From positions 113,249 through 177,248 of the forward strand of contig CAXKVF010000089.1 in assembly GCA_964057225.1 (NCBI GenBank): DNA of 64,000 nucleotides, read 5' to 3'. Source of the DNA: Auanema rhodensis (Eukaryota > Animalia > Nematoda). Position 1 is the first letter of the stretch, and every line of letters begins with the position of its first letter. The position numbers were made by a program, and so were the translations under genes. Shown here piece after piece: positions 1 through 12,848 of the stretch. The notes beneath the pieces are model-generated. The model worked only from the letters and a program-made list of their open reading frames with translations, had not been told where the DNA came from and did no database searches.

Positions 1-13
1 CATCTCTTTATCT

Positions 14-23
14 TTCACGTGAA
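14..23. other. Perfect 10-bp palindrome TTCACGTGAA with an E-box/G-box core, present in nearly every monomer
   Basis: Self-complementary sequence read directly at 14-23. Confidence 0.9.
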
Positions 24-39
24 GCGAGTTACATACCAA

Positions 40-57
40 GTGCACATCACGTGTACA
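40..57. other. Cluster of 6-bp palindromes GTGCAC (40-45), CACGTG (48-53) and TGTACA (52-57), present in nearly every monomer
   Basis: Read directly from gtgcacatcacgtgtaca. Confidence 0.85.
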
Positions 58-77
58 TTTAATTAGCATAAATTAAA
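58..77. other. AT-rich inverted repeat TTTAATT-agcata-AATTAAA
   Basis: 7-bp arms at 58-64 and 71-77 with a 6-nt loop. Confidence 0.8.
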
Positions 78-96
78 GTTCACGTAAATTTCAAAG

Positions 97-111
97 TCAT
101 GGTTACCATGA
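97..111. other. 15-bp interrupted palindrome TCATGGT-T-ACCATGA, containing a BstEII site (GGTNACC)
   Basis: 7-bp arms at 97-103 and 105-111 around one central T. It is shortened to 13 bp in C-type monomers (A111C). Confidence 0.9.
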
Positions 112-122
112 ACCAATATCAA

Positions 123-138
123 TAAAAATTTGTTTTTA
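123..138. other. A-tract/T-tract inverted repeat TAAAAA-tttg-TTTTTA
   Basis: 6-bp arms at 123-128 and 133-138 with a 4-nt loop. Confidence 0.75.
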
Positions 139-1408
139 GACTAATATGGACATGGGGAATCTAATTTTGAAAACCGCATTTCTTTATCTTTCACGTGAAG
201 CGAGTTACATACCAAGTGCACATCACGTGTACATTTAATTAGCATAAATTAAAGTTCACGTAAATTTCAAAGTCATGGTTACCATGCACCAATATCAATA
301 AAAATTTGTTTTTAGACTAATATGGACATGGGGAATCTAATTTTGAAAACCGCATCTCTTTATCTTTCACGTGAAGCGAGTTACATACCAAGTGCACATC
401 ACGTGTACATTTAATTAGCATAAATTAAAGTTCACGTAAATTTCAAAGTCATGGTTACCATGAAGCAATATCAATAAAAATTTGTTTTTAGACTAATATG
501 GACATGGGGAATCTAATTTTGAAAACCGCATCTCTTTATCTTTCACGTGAAGCGAGTTACATACCAAGTGCACATCACGTGTACATTTAATTAGCATAAA
601 TTAAAGTTCACGTAAACTTCAAAGTCATGGTTACCATGAAGCAATATCAATAAAAATTTGTTTTTAGACTAATATGGACATGGGGAATCTAATTTTGAAA
701 ACCGCATCTCTTTATCTTTCACGTGAAGCGAGTTACATACCAAGTGCACATCACGTGTACATTTAATTAGCATAAATTAAAGTTCACGTAAATTTCAAAG
801 TCATGGTTACCATGAACCAATATCAATAAAAATTTGTTTTTAGACTAATATGGACATGGGGAATCTAATTTTGAAAACCGCATCTCTTTATCTTTCACGT
901 GAAGCGAGTTACATACCAAGTGCACATCACGTGTACATTTAATTAGCATAAATTAAAGTTCACGTAAATTTCAAAGTCATGGTTACCATGAACCAATATC
1001 AATAAAAATTTGTTTTTAGACTAATATGGACATGGGGAATCTAATTTTGAAAACCGCATCTCTTTATCTTTCACGTGAAGCGATTTACATACCAAGTGCA
1101 CATCACGTGTACATTTAATTAGCATAAATTAAAGTTCACGTAAATTTCAAAGTCATGGTTACCATGAACCAATATCAATAAAAATCTGTTTTTAGACTAA
1201 TATGGACATAGGGAATCTAATTTTGAAAACCGCATCTCTTTATCTTTCACGTGAAGCGAGTTACATACCAAGTGCACATCACGTGTACATTTAATTAGCA
1301 TAAATTAAAGTTCACGTAAATTTCAAAGTCATGGTTACCATGAACCAATATCAATAAAAATTTTTTTTTAGACTAATATGGACATGGGGAATCTAATTTT
1401 GAAAATCG

Positions 1409-2992
1409 CATTTCTTTATCTTTCACGTGAAGCGAGTTACATACCAAGTGCACATCACGTGTACATTTAATTAGCATAAATTAAAGTTCACGTAAATTTC
1501 AAAGTCATGGTTACCATGCACCGATATCAATAAAAATTTGTTTTTAGACTAATATGGACATGGGGAATCTAATTTTGAAAACCGCATCTCTTTATCTTTC
1601 ACGTGAAGCGAGTTACATACCAAGTGCACATCACGTGTACATTTAATTAGCATAAATTAAAGTTCACGTAAATTTCAAAGTCATGGTTACCATGAACCAA
1701 TATCAATAAAAATTTGTTTTTAGACTAATATGGACATGGGGAATCTAATTTTGAAAACCGCATCTCTTTATCTTTCACGTGAAGCGAGTTACATACCAAG
1801 TGCACATCACGTGTACATTTAATTAGCATAAATTAAAGTTCACGTAAATTTCAAAGTCATGGTTACCATGAACCAATATCAATAAAAATTTGTTTTTAGA
1901 CTAATATGGACATGGGGAATCTAATTTTGAAAACCGCATTTCTTTATCTTTCACGTGAAGCGAGTTACATACCAAGTGCACATCACGTGTACATTTAATT
2001 AGCATAAATTAAAGTTCACGTAAATTTCAAAGTCATGGTTACCATGCACCAATATCAATAAAAATTTGTTTTTAGACTAATATGGACATGGGGAATCTAA
2101 TTTTGAAAACCGCATCTCTTTATCTTTCACGTGAAGCGAGTTACATACCAAGTGCACATCACGTGTACATTTAATTAGCATAAATTAAAGTTCACGTAAA
2201 TTTCAAAGTCATGGTTACCATGAACCAATATCAATAAAAATTTGTTTTTAGACTAATATGGACATGGGGAATCTAATTTTGAAAACCGCATCTCTTTATC
2301 TTTCACGTGAAGCGAGTTACATACCAAGTGCACATCACGTGTACATTTAATTAGCATAAATTAAAGTTCACGTAAATTTCAAAGTCATGGTTACCATGAA
2401 CCAATATCAATAAAAATTTGTTTTTAGACTAATATGGACATGGGGAATCTAATTTTGAAAACCGCATTTCTTTATCTTTCACGTGAAGCGAGTTACATAC
2501 CAAGTGCACATCACGTGTACATTTAATTAGCATAAATTAAAGTTCACGTAAATTTCAAAGTCATGGTTACCATGCACCAATATCAATAAAAATTTGTTTT
2601 TAGACTAATATGGACATGGGGAATCTAATTTTGAAAACCGCATCTCTTTATCTTTCACGTGAAGCGAGTTACATACCAAGTGCACATCACGTGTACATTT
2701 AATTAGCATAAATTAAAGTTCACGTAAATTTCAAAGTCATGGTTACCATGAACCAATATCAATAAAAATTTGTTTTTAGACTAATATGGACATGGGGAAT
2801 CTAATTTTGAAAACCGCATCTCTTTATCTTTCACGTGAAGCGAGTTACATACCAAGTGCACATCACGTGTACATTTAATTAGCATAAATTAAAGTTCACG
2901 TAAATTTCAAAGTCATGGTTACCATGAACCAATATCAATAAAAATTTGTTTTTAAACTAATATGGACATGGGGAATCTAATTTTGAAAACCG
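1409..2992 (+). repeat. 3-monomer (528-bp) higher-order repeat, 3 copies
   Basis: Monomers with C4T+A111C at m9, m12 and m15 (1409, 1937, 2465), each followed by two A-type monomers. Confidence 0.75.
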
Positions 2993-3520
2993 CATCTCTT
3001 TATCTTTCACGTGAAGCGAGTTACATACCAAGTGCACATCACGTGTACATTTAATTAGCATAAATTAAAGTTCACGTAAACTTCAAAGTCATGGTTACCA
3101 TGAAGCAATATCAATAAAAATTTGTTTTTAAACTAATATGGACATGGGGAATCTAATTTTGAAAACCGCATCTCTTTATCTTTCACGTGAAGCGAGTTAC
3201 ATACCAAGTGCACATCACGTGTACATTTAATTAGCATAAATTAAAGTTCACGTAAATTTCAAAGTCATGGTTACCATGAACCAATATCAATAAAAATTTG
3301 TTTTTAGACTAATATGGACATGGGGAATCTAATTTTGAAAACCGCATCTCTTTATCTTTCACGTGAAGCGAGTTACATACCAAGTGCACATCACGTGTAC
3401 ATTTAATTAGCATAAATTAAAGTTCACGTAAATTTCAAAGTCATGGTTACCATGAACCAATATCAATAAAAATTTGTTTTCAGACTAATATGGACATGGG
3501 GAATCTAATTTTGAAAACCG

Positions 3521-6500
3521 CATCTCTTTATCTTTCACGTGAAGCGAGTTACATACCAAGTGCACATCACGTGTACATTTAATTAGCATAAATTAAAGTT
3601 CACGTAAATTTCAAAGTCATGGTTACCATGAACCAATATCAATAAAAATTTGTTTTTAGACTAATATGGACATGGGGAATCTAATTTTGAAAACCGCATC
3701 TCTTTATCTTTCACGTGAAGCGAGTTACATACCAAGTGCACATCACGTGTACATTTAATTAGCATAAATTAAAGTTCACGTAAATTTCAAAGTCATGGTT
3801 ACCATGCACCAATATCAATAAAAATTTGTTTTTAGACTAATATGGACATGGGGAATCTAATTTTGAAAACCGCATCTCTTTATCTTTCACGTGAAGCGAG
3901 TTACATACCAAGTGCACATCACGTGTACATTTAATTAGCATAAATTAAAGTTCACGTAAATTTCAAAGTCATGGTTACCATGCACCAATATCAATAAAAA
4001 TTTGTTTTTAGACTAATATGGACATGGGGAATCTAATTTTGAAAACCGCATCTCTTTATCTTTCACGTGAAGCGAGTTACATACCAAGTGCACATCACGT
4101 GTACATTTAATTAGCATAAATTAAAGTTCACGTAAATTTCAAAGTCATGGTTACCATGCACCAATATCAATAAAAATTTGTTTTCAGACTAATATGGACA
4201 TGGGGAATCTAATTTTGAAAACCGCATCTCTTTATCTTTCACGTGAAGCGAGTTACATACCAAGTGCACATCACGTGTACATTTAATTAGCATAAATTAA
4301 AGTTCACGTAAATTTCAAAGTCATGGTTACCATAAACCAATATCAATAAAAATTTGTTTTTAGACTAATATGGACATGGGGAATCTAATTTTGAAAACCG
4401 CATCTCTTTATCTTTCACGTGAAGCGAGTTACATACCAAGTGCACATCACGTGTACATTTAATTAGCATAAATTAAAGTTCACGTAAATTTCAAAGTCAT
4501 GGTTACCATGAAGCAATATCAATAAAAATTTGTTTTTAGACTAATATGGACATGGGGAATCTAATTTTGAAAACCGCATCTCTTTATCTTTCACGTGAAG
4601 CGAGTTACATACCAAGTGCACATCACGTGTACATTTAATTAGCATAAATTAAAGTTCACGTAAATTTCAATGTCATGGTTACCATGCACCAATATCAATA
4701 AAAATTTGTTTTTAGACTAATATGGACATGGGGAATCTAATTTTGAAAACCGCATCTCTTTATCTTTCACGTGAAGCGAGTTACATACCAAATGCACATC
4801 ACGTGTACATTTAATTAGCATAAATTAAAGTTCACGTAAATTTCAAAGTCATGGTTACCATGCACCAATATCAATAAAAATTTGTTTTTAGACTAATATG
4901 GACATGGGGAATCTAATTTTGAAAACCGCATCTCTTTATCTTTCACGTGAAGCGAGTTACATACCAAGTGCACATCACGTGTACATTTAATTAGCATAAA
5001 TTAAAGTTCACGTAAATTTCAAAGTCATGGTTACCATGAACCAATATCAATAAAAATTTGTTTTTAGACTAATATGGACATGGGGAATCTAATTTTGAAA
5101 ACCGCATCTCTTTATCTTTCACGTGAAGCGAGTTACATACCAAGTGCACATCACGTGTACATTTAATTAGCATAAATTAAAGATCACGTAAACTTCAAAG
5201 TCATGGTTACCATGAAGCAATATCAATAAAAATTTGTTTTTAGACTAATATGGACATGGGGAATCTAATTTTGAAAACCGCATCTCTTTATCTTTCACGT
5301 GAAGCGAGTTACATACCAAGTGCACATCACGTGTACATTTAATTAGCATAAATTAGAGTTCACGTAAATTTCAAAGTCATGGTTACCATGAACCAATATC
5401 AATAAAAATTTGTTTTTAGACTAATATGGACATGGGGAATCTAATTTTGAAAACCGCATCTCTTTATCTTTCACGTGAAGCGAGTTACATACCAAGTGCA
5501 CATCACGTGTACATTTAATTAGCATAAATTAAAGTTCACGTAAATTTCAAAGTCATGGTTACCATGCACCAATATCAATAAAAATTTGTTTTTAGACTAA
5601 TATGGACATGGGGAATCTAATTTTGAAAACCGCATCTCTTTATCTTTCACGTGAAGCGAGTTACATACCAAGTGCACATCACGTGTACATTTAATTAGCA
5701 TAAATTAAAGTTCACGTAAATTTCAAAGTCATGGTTACCATGAACCAATATCAATAAAAATTTGTTTTTAGACTAATATGGACATGGGGAATCTAATTTT
5801 GAAAACCGCATCTCTTTATCTTTCACGTGAAGCGAGTTACATACCAAGTGCACATCACGTGTACATTTAATTAGCATAAATTAAAGTTCACGTAAATTTC
5901 AAAGTCATGGTTACCATGAACCAATATCAATAAAAATTTGTTTTTAGACTAATATGGACATGGGGAATCTAATTTTGAAAACCGCATCTCTTTATCTTTC
6001 ACGTGAAGCGAGTTACATACCAAGTGCACATCACGTGTACATTTAATTAGCATAAATTAAAGTTCACGTAAATTTCAAAGTCATGGTTACCATGAAGCAA
6101 TATCAATAAAAATTTGTTTTTAGACTAATATGGACATGGGGAATCTAATTTTGAAAACCGCATCTCTTTATCTTTCACGTGAAGCGAGTTACATACCAAG
6201 TGCACATCACGTGTACATTTAATTAGCATAAATTAAAGTTCACGTAAATTTCAAAGTCATGGTTACCATGCACCAATATCAATAAAAATTTGTTTTTAGA
6301 CTAATATGGACATGGGGAATCTAATTTTGAAAACCGCATCTCTTTATCTTTCACGTGAAGCGAGTTACATACCAAGTGCACATCACGTGTACATTTAATT
6401 AGCATAAATTAAAGTTCACGTAAATTTCAAAGTCATGGTTACCATGAACTAATATCAATAAAAATTTGTTTTTAGACTAATATGGACATGGGGAATCTAA

Positions 6501-9152
6501 TTTTGAAAACCGCATCTCTTTATCTTTCACGTGAAGCGAGTTACATACCAAGTGCACATCACGTGTACATTTAATTAGCATAAATTAAAGTTCACGTAAA
6601 TTTCAAAGTCATGGTTACCATGAACCAATATCAATAAAAATTCGTTTTTAGACTAATATGGACATGGGGAATCTAATTTTGAAAACCGCATCTCTTTATC
6701 TTTCACGTGAAGCGAGTTACATACCAAGTGCACATCACGTGTACATTTAATTAGCATAAATTAAAGTTCACGTAAATTTCAAAGTCATGGTTACCATGAA
6801 CCAATATCAATAAAAATTTGTTTTTAGACTAATATGGACATGGGGAATCTAATTTTGAAAACCGCATCTCTTTATCTTTCACGTGAAGCGAGTTACATAC
6901 CAAGTGCACATCACGTGTACATTTAATTAGCATAAATTAAAGTTCACGTAAATTTCAAAGTCATGGTTACCATGAACCAATATCAATAAAAATTTGTTTT
7001 TAGACTAATATGGACATGGGGAATCTAATTTTGAAAACCGCATCTCTTTATCTTTCACGTGAAGCGAGTTACATACCAAGTGCACATCACGTGTACATTT
7101 AATTAGCATAAATTAAAGTTCACGTAAACTTCAAAGTCATGGTTACCATGAAGCAATATCAATAAAAATTTGTTTTTAAACTAATATGGACATGGGGAAT
7201 CTAATTTTGAAAACCGCATCTCTTTATCTTTCACGTGAAGCGAGTTACATACCAAGTGCACATCACGTGTACATTTAATTAGCATAAATTAAAGTTCACG
7301 TAAATTTCAAAGTCATGGTTACCATGAACCAATATCAATAAAAATTTGTTTTTAGACTAATATGGACATGGGGAATCTAATTTTGAAAACCGCATCTCTT
7401 TATCTTTCACGTGAAGCGAGTTACATACCAAGTGCACATCACGTGTACATTTAATTAGCATAAATTAAAGTTCACGTAAATTTCAAAGTCATGGTTACCA
7501 TGCACCAATATCAATAAAAATTTGTTTTTAGACTAATATGGACATGGGGAATCTAATTTTGAAAACCGCATCTCTTTATCTTTCACGTGAAGCGAGTTAC
7601 ATACCAAGTGCACATCACGTGTACATTTAATTAGCATAAATTAAAGTTCACGTAAATTTCAAAGTCATGGTTACCATGCACCAATATCAATAAAAATTTG
7701 TTTTTAGACTAATATGGACATGGGGAATCTAATTTTGAAAACCGCATCTCTTTATCTTTCACGTGAAGCGAGTTACATACCAAGTGCACATCACGTGTAC
7801 ATTTAATTAGCATAAATTAAAGTTCACGTAAATTTCAAAGTCATGGTTACCATGCACCAATATCAATAAAAATTTGTTTTCAGACTAATATGGACATGGG
7901 GAATCTAATTTTGAAAACCGCATCTCTTTATCTTTCACGTGAAGCGAGTTACATACCAAGTGCACATCACGTGTACATTTAATTAGCATAAATTAAAGTT
8001 CACGTAAATTTCAAAGTCATGGTTACCATGAACCAATATCAATAAAAATTTGTTTTTAGACTAATATGGACATGGGGAATCTAATTTTGAAAACCGCATC
8101 TCTTTATCTTTCACGTGAAGCGAGTTACATACCAAGTGCACATCACGTGTACATTTAATTAGCATAAATTAAAGTTCACGTAAATTTCAAAGTCATGGTT
8201 ACCATGAAGCAATATCAATAAAAATTTGTTTTTAGACTAATATGGACATGGGGAATCTAATTTTGAAAACCGCATCTCTTTATCTTTCACGTGAAGCGAG
8301 TTACATACCAAGTGCACATCACGTGTACATTTAATTAGCATAAATTAAAGTTCACGTAAATTTCAAAGTCATGGTTACCATGCACCAATATCAATAAAAA
8401 TTTGTTTTTAGACTAATATGGACATGGGGAATCTAATTTTGAAAACCGCATCTCTTTATCTTTCACGTGAAGCGAGTTACATACCAAGTGCACATCACGT
8501 GTACATTTAATTAGCATAAATTAAAGTTCACGTAAATTTCAAAGTCATGGTTACCATGCACCAATATCAATAAAAATTTGTTTTTAGACTAATATGGACA
8601 TGGGGAATCTAATTTTGAAAACCGCATCTCTTTATCTTTCACGTGAAGCGAGTTACATACCAAGTGCACATCACGTGTACATTTAATTAGCATAAATTAA
8701 AGTTCACGTAAATTTCAAAGTCATGGTTACCATGAACCAATATCAATAAAAATTTGTTTTTAGACTAATATGGACATGGGGAATCTAATTTTGAAAACCG
8801 CATCTCTTTATCTTTCACGTGAAGCGAGTTACATACCAAGTGCACATCACGTGTACATTTAATTAGCATAAATTAAAGATCACGTAAACTTCAAAGTCAT
8901 GGTTACCATGAAGCAATATCAATAAAAATTTGTTTTTAGACTAATATGGACATGGGGAATCTAATTTTGAAAACCGCATCTCTTTATCTTTCACGTGAAG
9001 CGAGTTACATACCAAGTGCACATCACGTGTACATTTAATTAGCATAAATTAAAGTTCACGTAAATTTCAAAGTCATGGTTACCATGAACCAATATCAATA
9101 AAAATTTGTTTTTAGACTAATATGGACATGGGGAATCTAATTTTGAAAACCG
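3521..9152 (+). repeat. 11-monomer block duplicated at a 21-monomer (3696-bp) offset
   Basis: m21-31 and m42-52 share the order A C C C A G C C A G** A and the marker T137C at 4185 and 7881. Confidence 0.8.
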
Positions 9153-11792
9153 CATCTCTTTATCTTTCACGTGAAGCGAGCTACATACCAAGTGCACATC
9201 ACGTGTACATTTAATTAGCATAAATTAAAGATCACGTAAACTTCAAAGTCATGGTTACCATGAAGCAATATCAATAAAAATTTGTTTTTAGACTAATATG
9301 GACATGGGGAATCTAATTTTGAAAACCGCATCTCTTTATCTTTCACGTGAAGCGAGTTACATACCAAGTGCACATCACGTGTACATTTAATTAGCATAAA
9401 TTAAAGTTCACGTAAATTTCAAAGTCATGGTTACCATGAACCAATATCAATAAAAATTTGTTTTTAGACTAATATGGACATGGGGAATCTAATTTTGAAA
9501 ACCGCATCTCTTTATCTTTCACGTGAAGCGAGTTACATACCAAGTGCACATCACGTGTACATTTAATTAGCATAAATTAAAGTTCACGTAAATTTCAAAG
9601 TCATGGTTACCATGCACCAATATCAATAAAAATTTGTTTTTAGACTAATATGGACATGGGGAATCTAATTTTGAAAACCGCATCTCTTTATCTTTCACGT
9701 GAAGCGAGTTACATACCAAGTGCACATCACGTGTACATTTAATTAGCATAAATTAAAGTTCACGTAAATTTCAAAGTCATGGTTACCATGCACCAATATC
9801 AATAAAAATTTGTTTTTAGACTAATATGGACATGGGGAATCTAATTTTGAAAACCGCATCTCTTTATCTTTCACGTGAAGCGAGTTACATACCAAGTGCA
9901 CATCACGTGTACAATTAATTAGCATAAATTAAAGTTCACGTAAATTTCAAAGTCATGGTTACCATGAACCAATATCAATAAAAATTTGTTTTTAGACTAA
10001 TATGGACATGGGGAATCTAATTTTGAAAACCGCATCTCTTTATCTTTCACGTGAAGCGAGTTACATACCAAGTGCACATCACGTGTACATTTAATTAGCA
10101 TAAATTAAAGTTCACGTAAATTTCAAAGTCATGGTTACCATGAAGCAATATCAATAAAAATTTGTTTTTAGACTAATATGGACATGGGGAATCTAATTTT
10201 GAAAACCGCATCTCTTTATCTTTCACGTGAAGCGAATAACATACCAAGTGCACATCACGTGTACATTTAATTAGCATAAATTAAAGTTCACGTAAATTTC
10301 AAAGTCATGGTTACCATGAAGCAATATCAATAAAAATTTGTTTTTAGACTAATATGGACATGGGGAATCTAATTTTGAAAACCGCATCTCTTTATCTTTC
10401 ACGTGAAGCGAGTTACATACCAAGTGCACATCACGTGTACATTTAATTAGCATAAATTAAAGTTCACGTAAATTTCAAAGTCATGGTTACCATGCACCAA
10501 TATCAATAAAAATTTGTTTTTAGACTAATATGGACATGGGGAATCTAATTTTGAAAACCGCATCTCTTTATCTTTCACGTGAAGCGAGTTACATACCAAG
10601 TGCACATCACGTGTACATTTAATTAGCATAAATTAAAGTTCACGTAAATTTCAAAGTCATGGTTACCATGCACCAATATCAATAAAAATTTGTTTTTAGA
10701 CTAATATGGACATGGGGAATCTAATTTTGAAAACCGCATCTCTTTATCTTTCACGTGAAGCGAGTTACATACCAAGTGCACATCACGTGTACATTTAATT
10801 AGCATAAATTAAAGTTCACGTAAATTTCAAAGTCATGGTTACCATGAACCAATATCAATAAAAATTTGTTTTTAGACTAATATGGACATGGGGAATCTAA
10901 TTTTGAAAACCGCATCTCTTTATCTTTCACGTGAAGCGAGTTACATACCAAGTGCACATCACGTGTACATTTAATTAGCATAAATTAAAGATCACGTAAA
11001 CTTCAAAGTCATGGTTACCATGAAGCAATATCAATAAAAATTTGTTTTTAGACTAATATGGACATGGGGAATCTAATTTTGAAAACCGCATCTCTTTATC
11101 TTTCACGTGAAGCGAGTTACATACCAAGTGCACATCACGTGTACATTTAATTAGCATAAATTAAAGTTCACGTAAATTTCAAAGTCATGGTTACCATGAA
11201 CCAATATCAATAAAAATTTGTTTTTAGACTAATATGGACATGGGGAATCTAATTTTGAAAACCGCATCTCTTTATCTTTCACGTGAAGCGAGCTACATAC
11301 CAAGTGCACATCACGTGTACATTTAATTAGCATAAATTAAAGATCACGTAAACTTCAAAGTCATGGTTACCATGAACTAATATCAATAAAAATTTGTTTT
11401 TAGACTAATATGGACATGGGGAATCTAATTTTGAAAACCGCATCTCTTTATCTTTCACGTGAAGCGAGTTACATACCAAGTGCACATCACGTGTACATTT
11501 AATTAGCATAAATTAAAGTTCACGTAAATTTCAAAGTCATGGTTACCATGAACCAATATCAATAAAAATTTGTTTTTAGACTAATATGGACATGGGGAAT
11601 CTAATTTTGAAAACCGCATCTCTTTATCTTTCACGTGAAGCGAGTTACATACCAAGTGCACATCACGTGTACATTTAATTAGCATAAATTAAAGTTCACG
11701 TAAATTTCAAAGTCATGGTTACCATGCACCAATATCAATAAAAATTTGTTTTTAGACTAATATGGACATGGGGAATCTAATTTTGAAAACCG
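8097..11792 (+). repeat. 9-monomer block duplicated at a 12-monomer (2112-bp) offset
   Basis: m47-55 and m59-67 share type order and the private marker T29C (gagcta) at 9181 and 11293. Confidence 0.8.
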
Positions 11793-12848
11793 CATCTCTT
11801 TATCTTTCACGTGAAGCGAGTTACATACCAAGTGCACATCACGTGTACATTTAATTAGCATAAATTAAAGTTCACGTAAATTTCAAAGTCATGGTTACCA
11901 TGAACCAATATCAATAAAAATTTGTTTTTAGACTAATATGGACATGGGGAATCTAATTTTGAAAACCGCATCTCTTTATCTTTCACGTGAAGCGAGTTAC
12001 ATACCAAGTGCACATCACGTGTACATTTAATTAGCATAAATTAAAGTTCACGTAAATTTCAAAGTCATGGTTACCATGAACCAATATCAATAAAAATTTG
12101 TTTTTAGACTAATATGGACATGGGGAATCTAATTTTGAAAACCGCATCTCTTTATCTTTCACGTGAAGCGAGTTACATACCAAGTGCACATCACGTGTAC
12201 ATTTAATTAGCATAAATTAAAGTTCACGTAAATTTCAAAGTCATGGTTACCATGAAGCAATATCAATAAAAATTTGTTTTTAGACTAATATGGACATGGG
12301 GAATCTAATTTTGAAAACCGCATCTCTTTATCTTTCACGTGAAGCGAGTTACATACCAAGTGCACATCACGTGTACATTTAATTAGCATAAATTAAAGTT
12401 CACGTAAATTTCAAAGTCATGGTTACCATGCACCAATATCAATAAAAATTTGTTTTTAGACTAATATGGACATGGGGAATCTAATTTTGAAAACCGCATC
12501 TCTTTATCTTTCACGTGAAGCGAGTTACATACCAAGTGCACATCACGTGTACATTTAATTAGCATAAATTAAAGTTCACGTAAATTTCAAAGTCATGGTT
12601 ACCATGAACCAATATCAATAAAAATTTGTTTTTAGACTAATATGGACATGGGGAATCTAATTTTGAAAACCGCATCTCTTTATCTTTCACGTGAAGCGAG
12701 TTACATACCAAGTGCACATCACGTGTACATTTAATTAGCATAAATTAAAGTTCACGTAAATTTCAAAGTCATGGTTACCATGAAGCAATATCAATAAAAA
12801 TTTGTTTTTAGACTAATATGGACATGGGGAATCTAATTTTGAAAACCG

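Larger units (their letters stand above)
1..176 (+). repeat. Consensus monomer (A-type, aacc at 111-114); the start phase is arbitrary
   Basis: The first monomer carries the majority base at every position and is the commonest monomer type in the window. Confidence 0.95.

Noticed and set aside
121-126. AATAAA polyadenylation signal in each monomer
   Set aside because: It is expected by chance in AT-rich DNA, and no transcription unit is evident.
46-139. Resemblance to a budding-yeast point centromere: CDEI match, a 77-bp gap, then TGTTTTTAG similar to the start of CDEIII
   Set aside because: The essential CDEIII CCGAAA core is missing, the gap is only about 77% AT rather than over 90%, and point centromeres are single-copy.
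1-176. 5S rDNA, tRNA, snRNA or spliced-leader gene tandem array
   Set aside because: I recognised no such RNA sequence, cloverleaf or Pol III internal promoter. An Infernal/Rfam search would be the formal test.
1-176. Assignment to a named 176-bp satellite such as Brassica CentBr or the honeybee AluI repeat
   Set aside because: Only the length is shared. The consensus lacks HindIII and AluI sites and I recognise no sequence match, so a database search is needed.
6641-6657. Possible CENP-B box at the T131C (TTCG) variant
   Set aside because: It lacks the CGGG half of the TTCGnnnnAnnCGGG motif and is rare.
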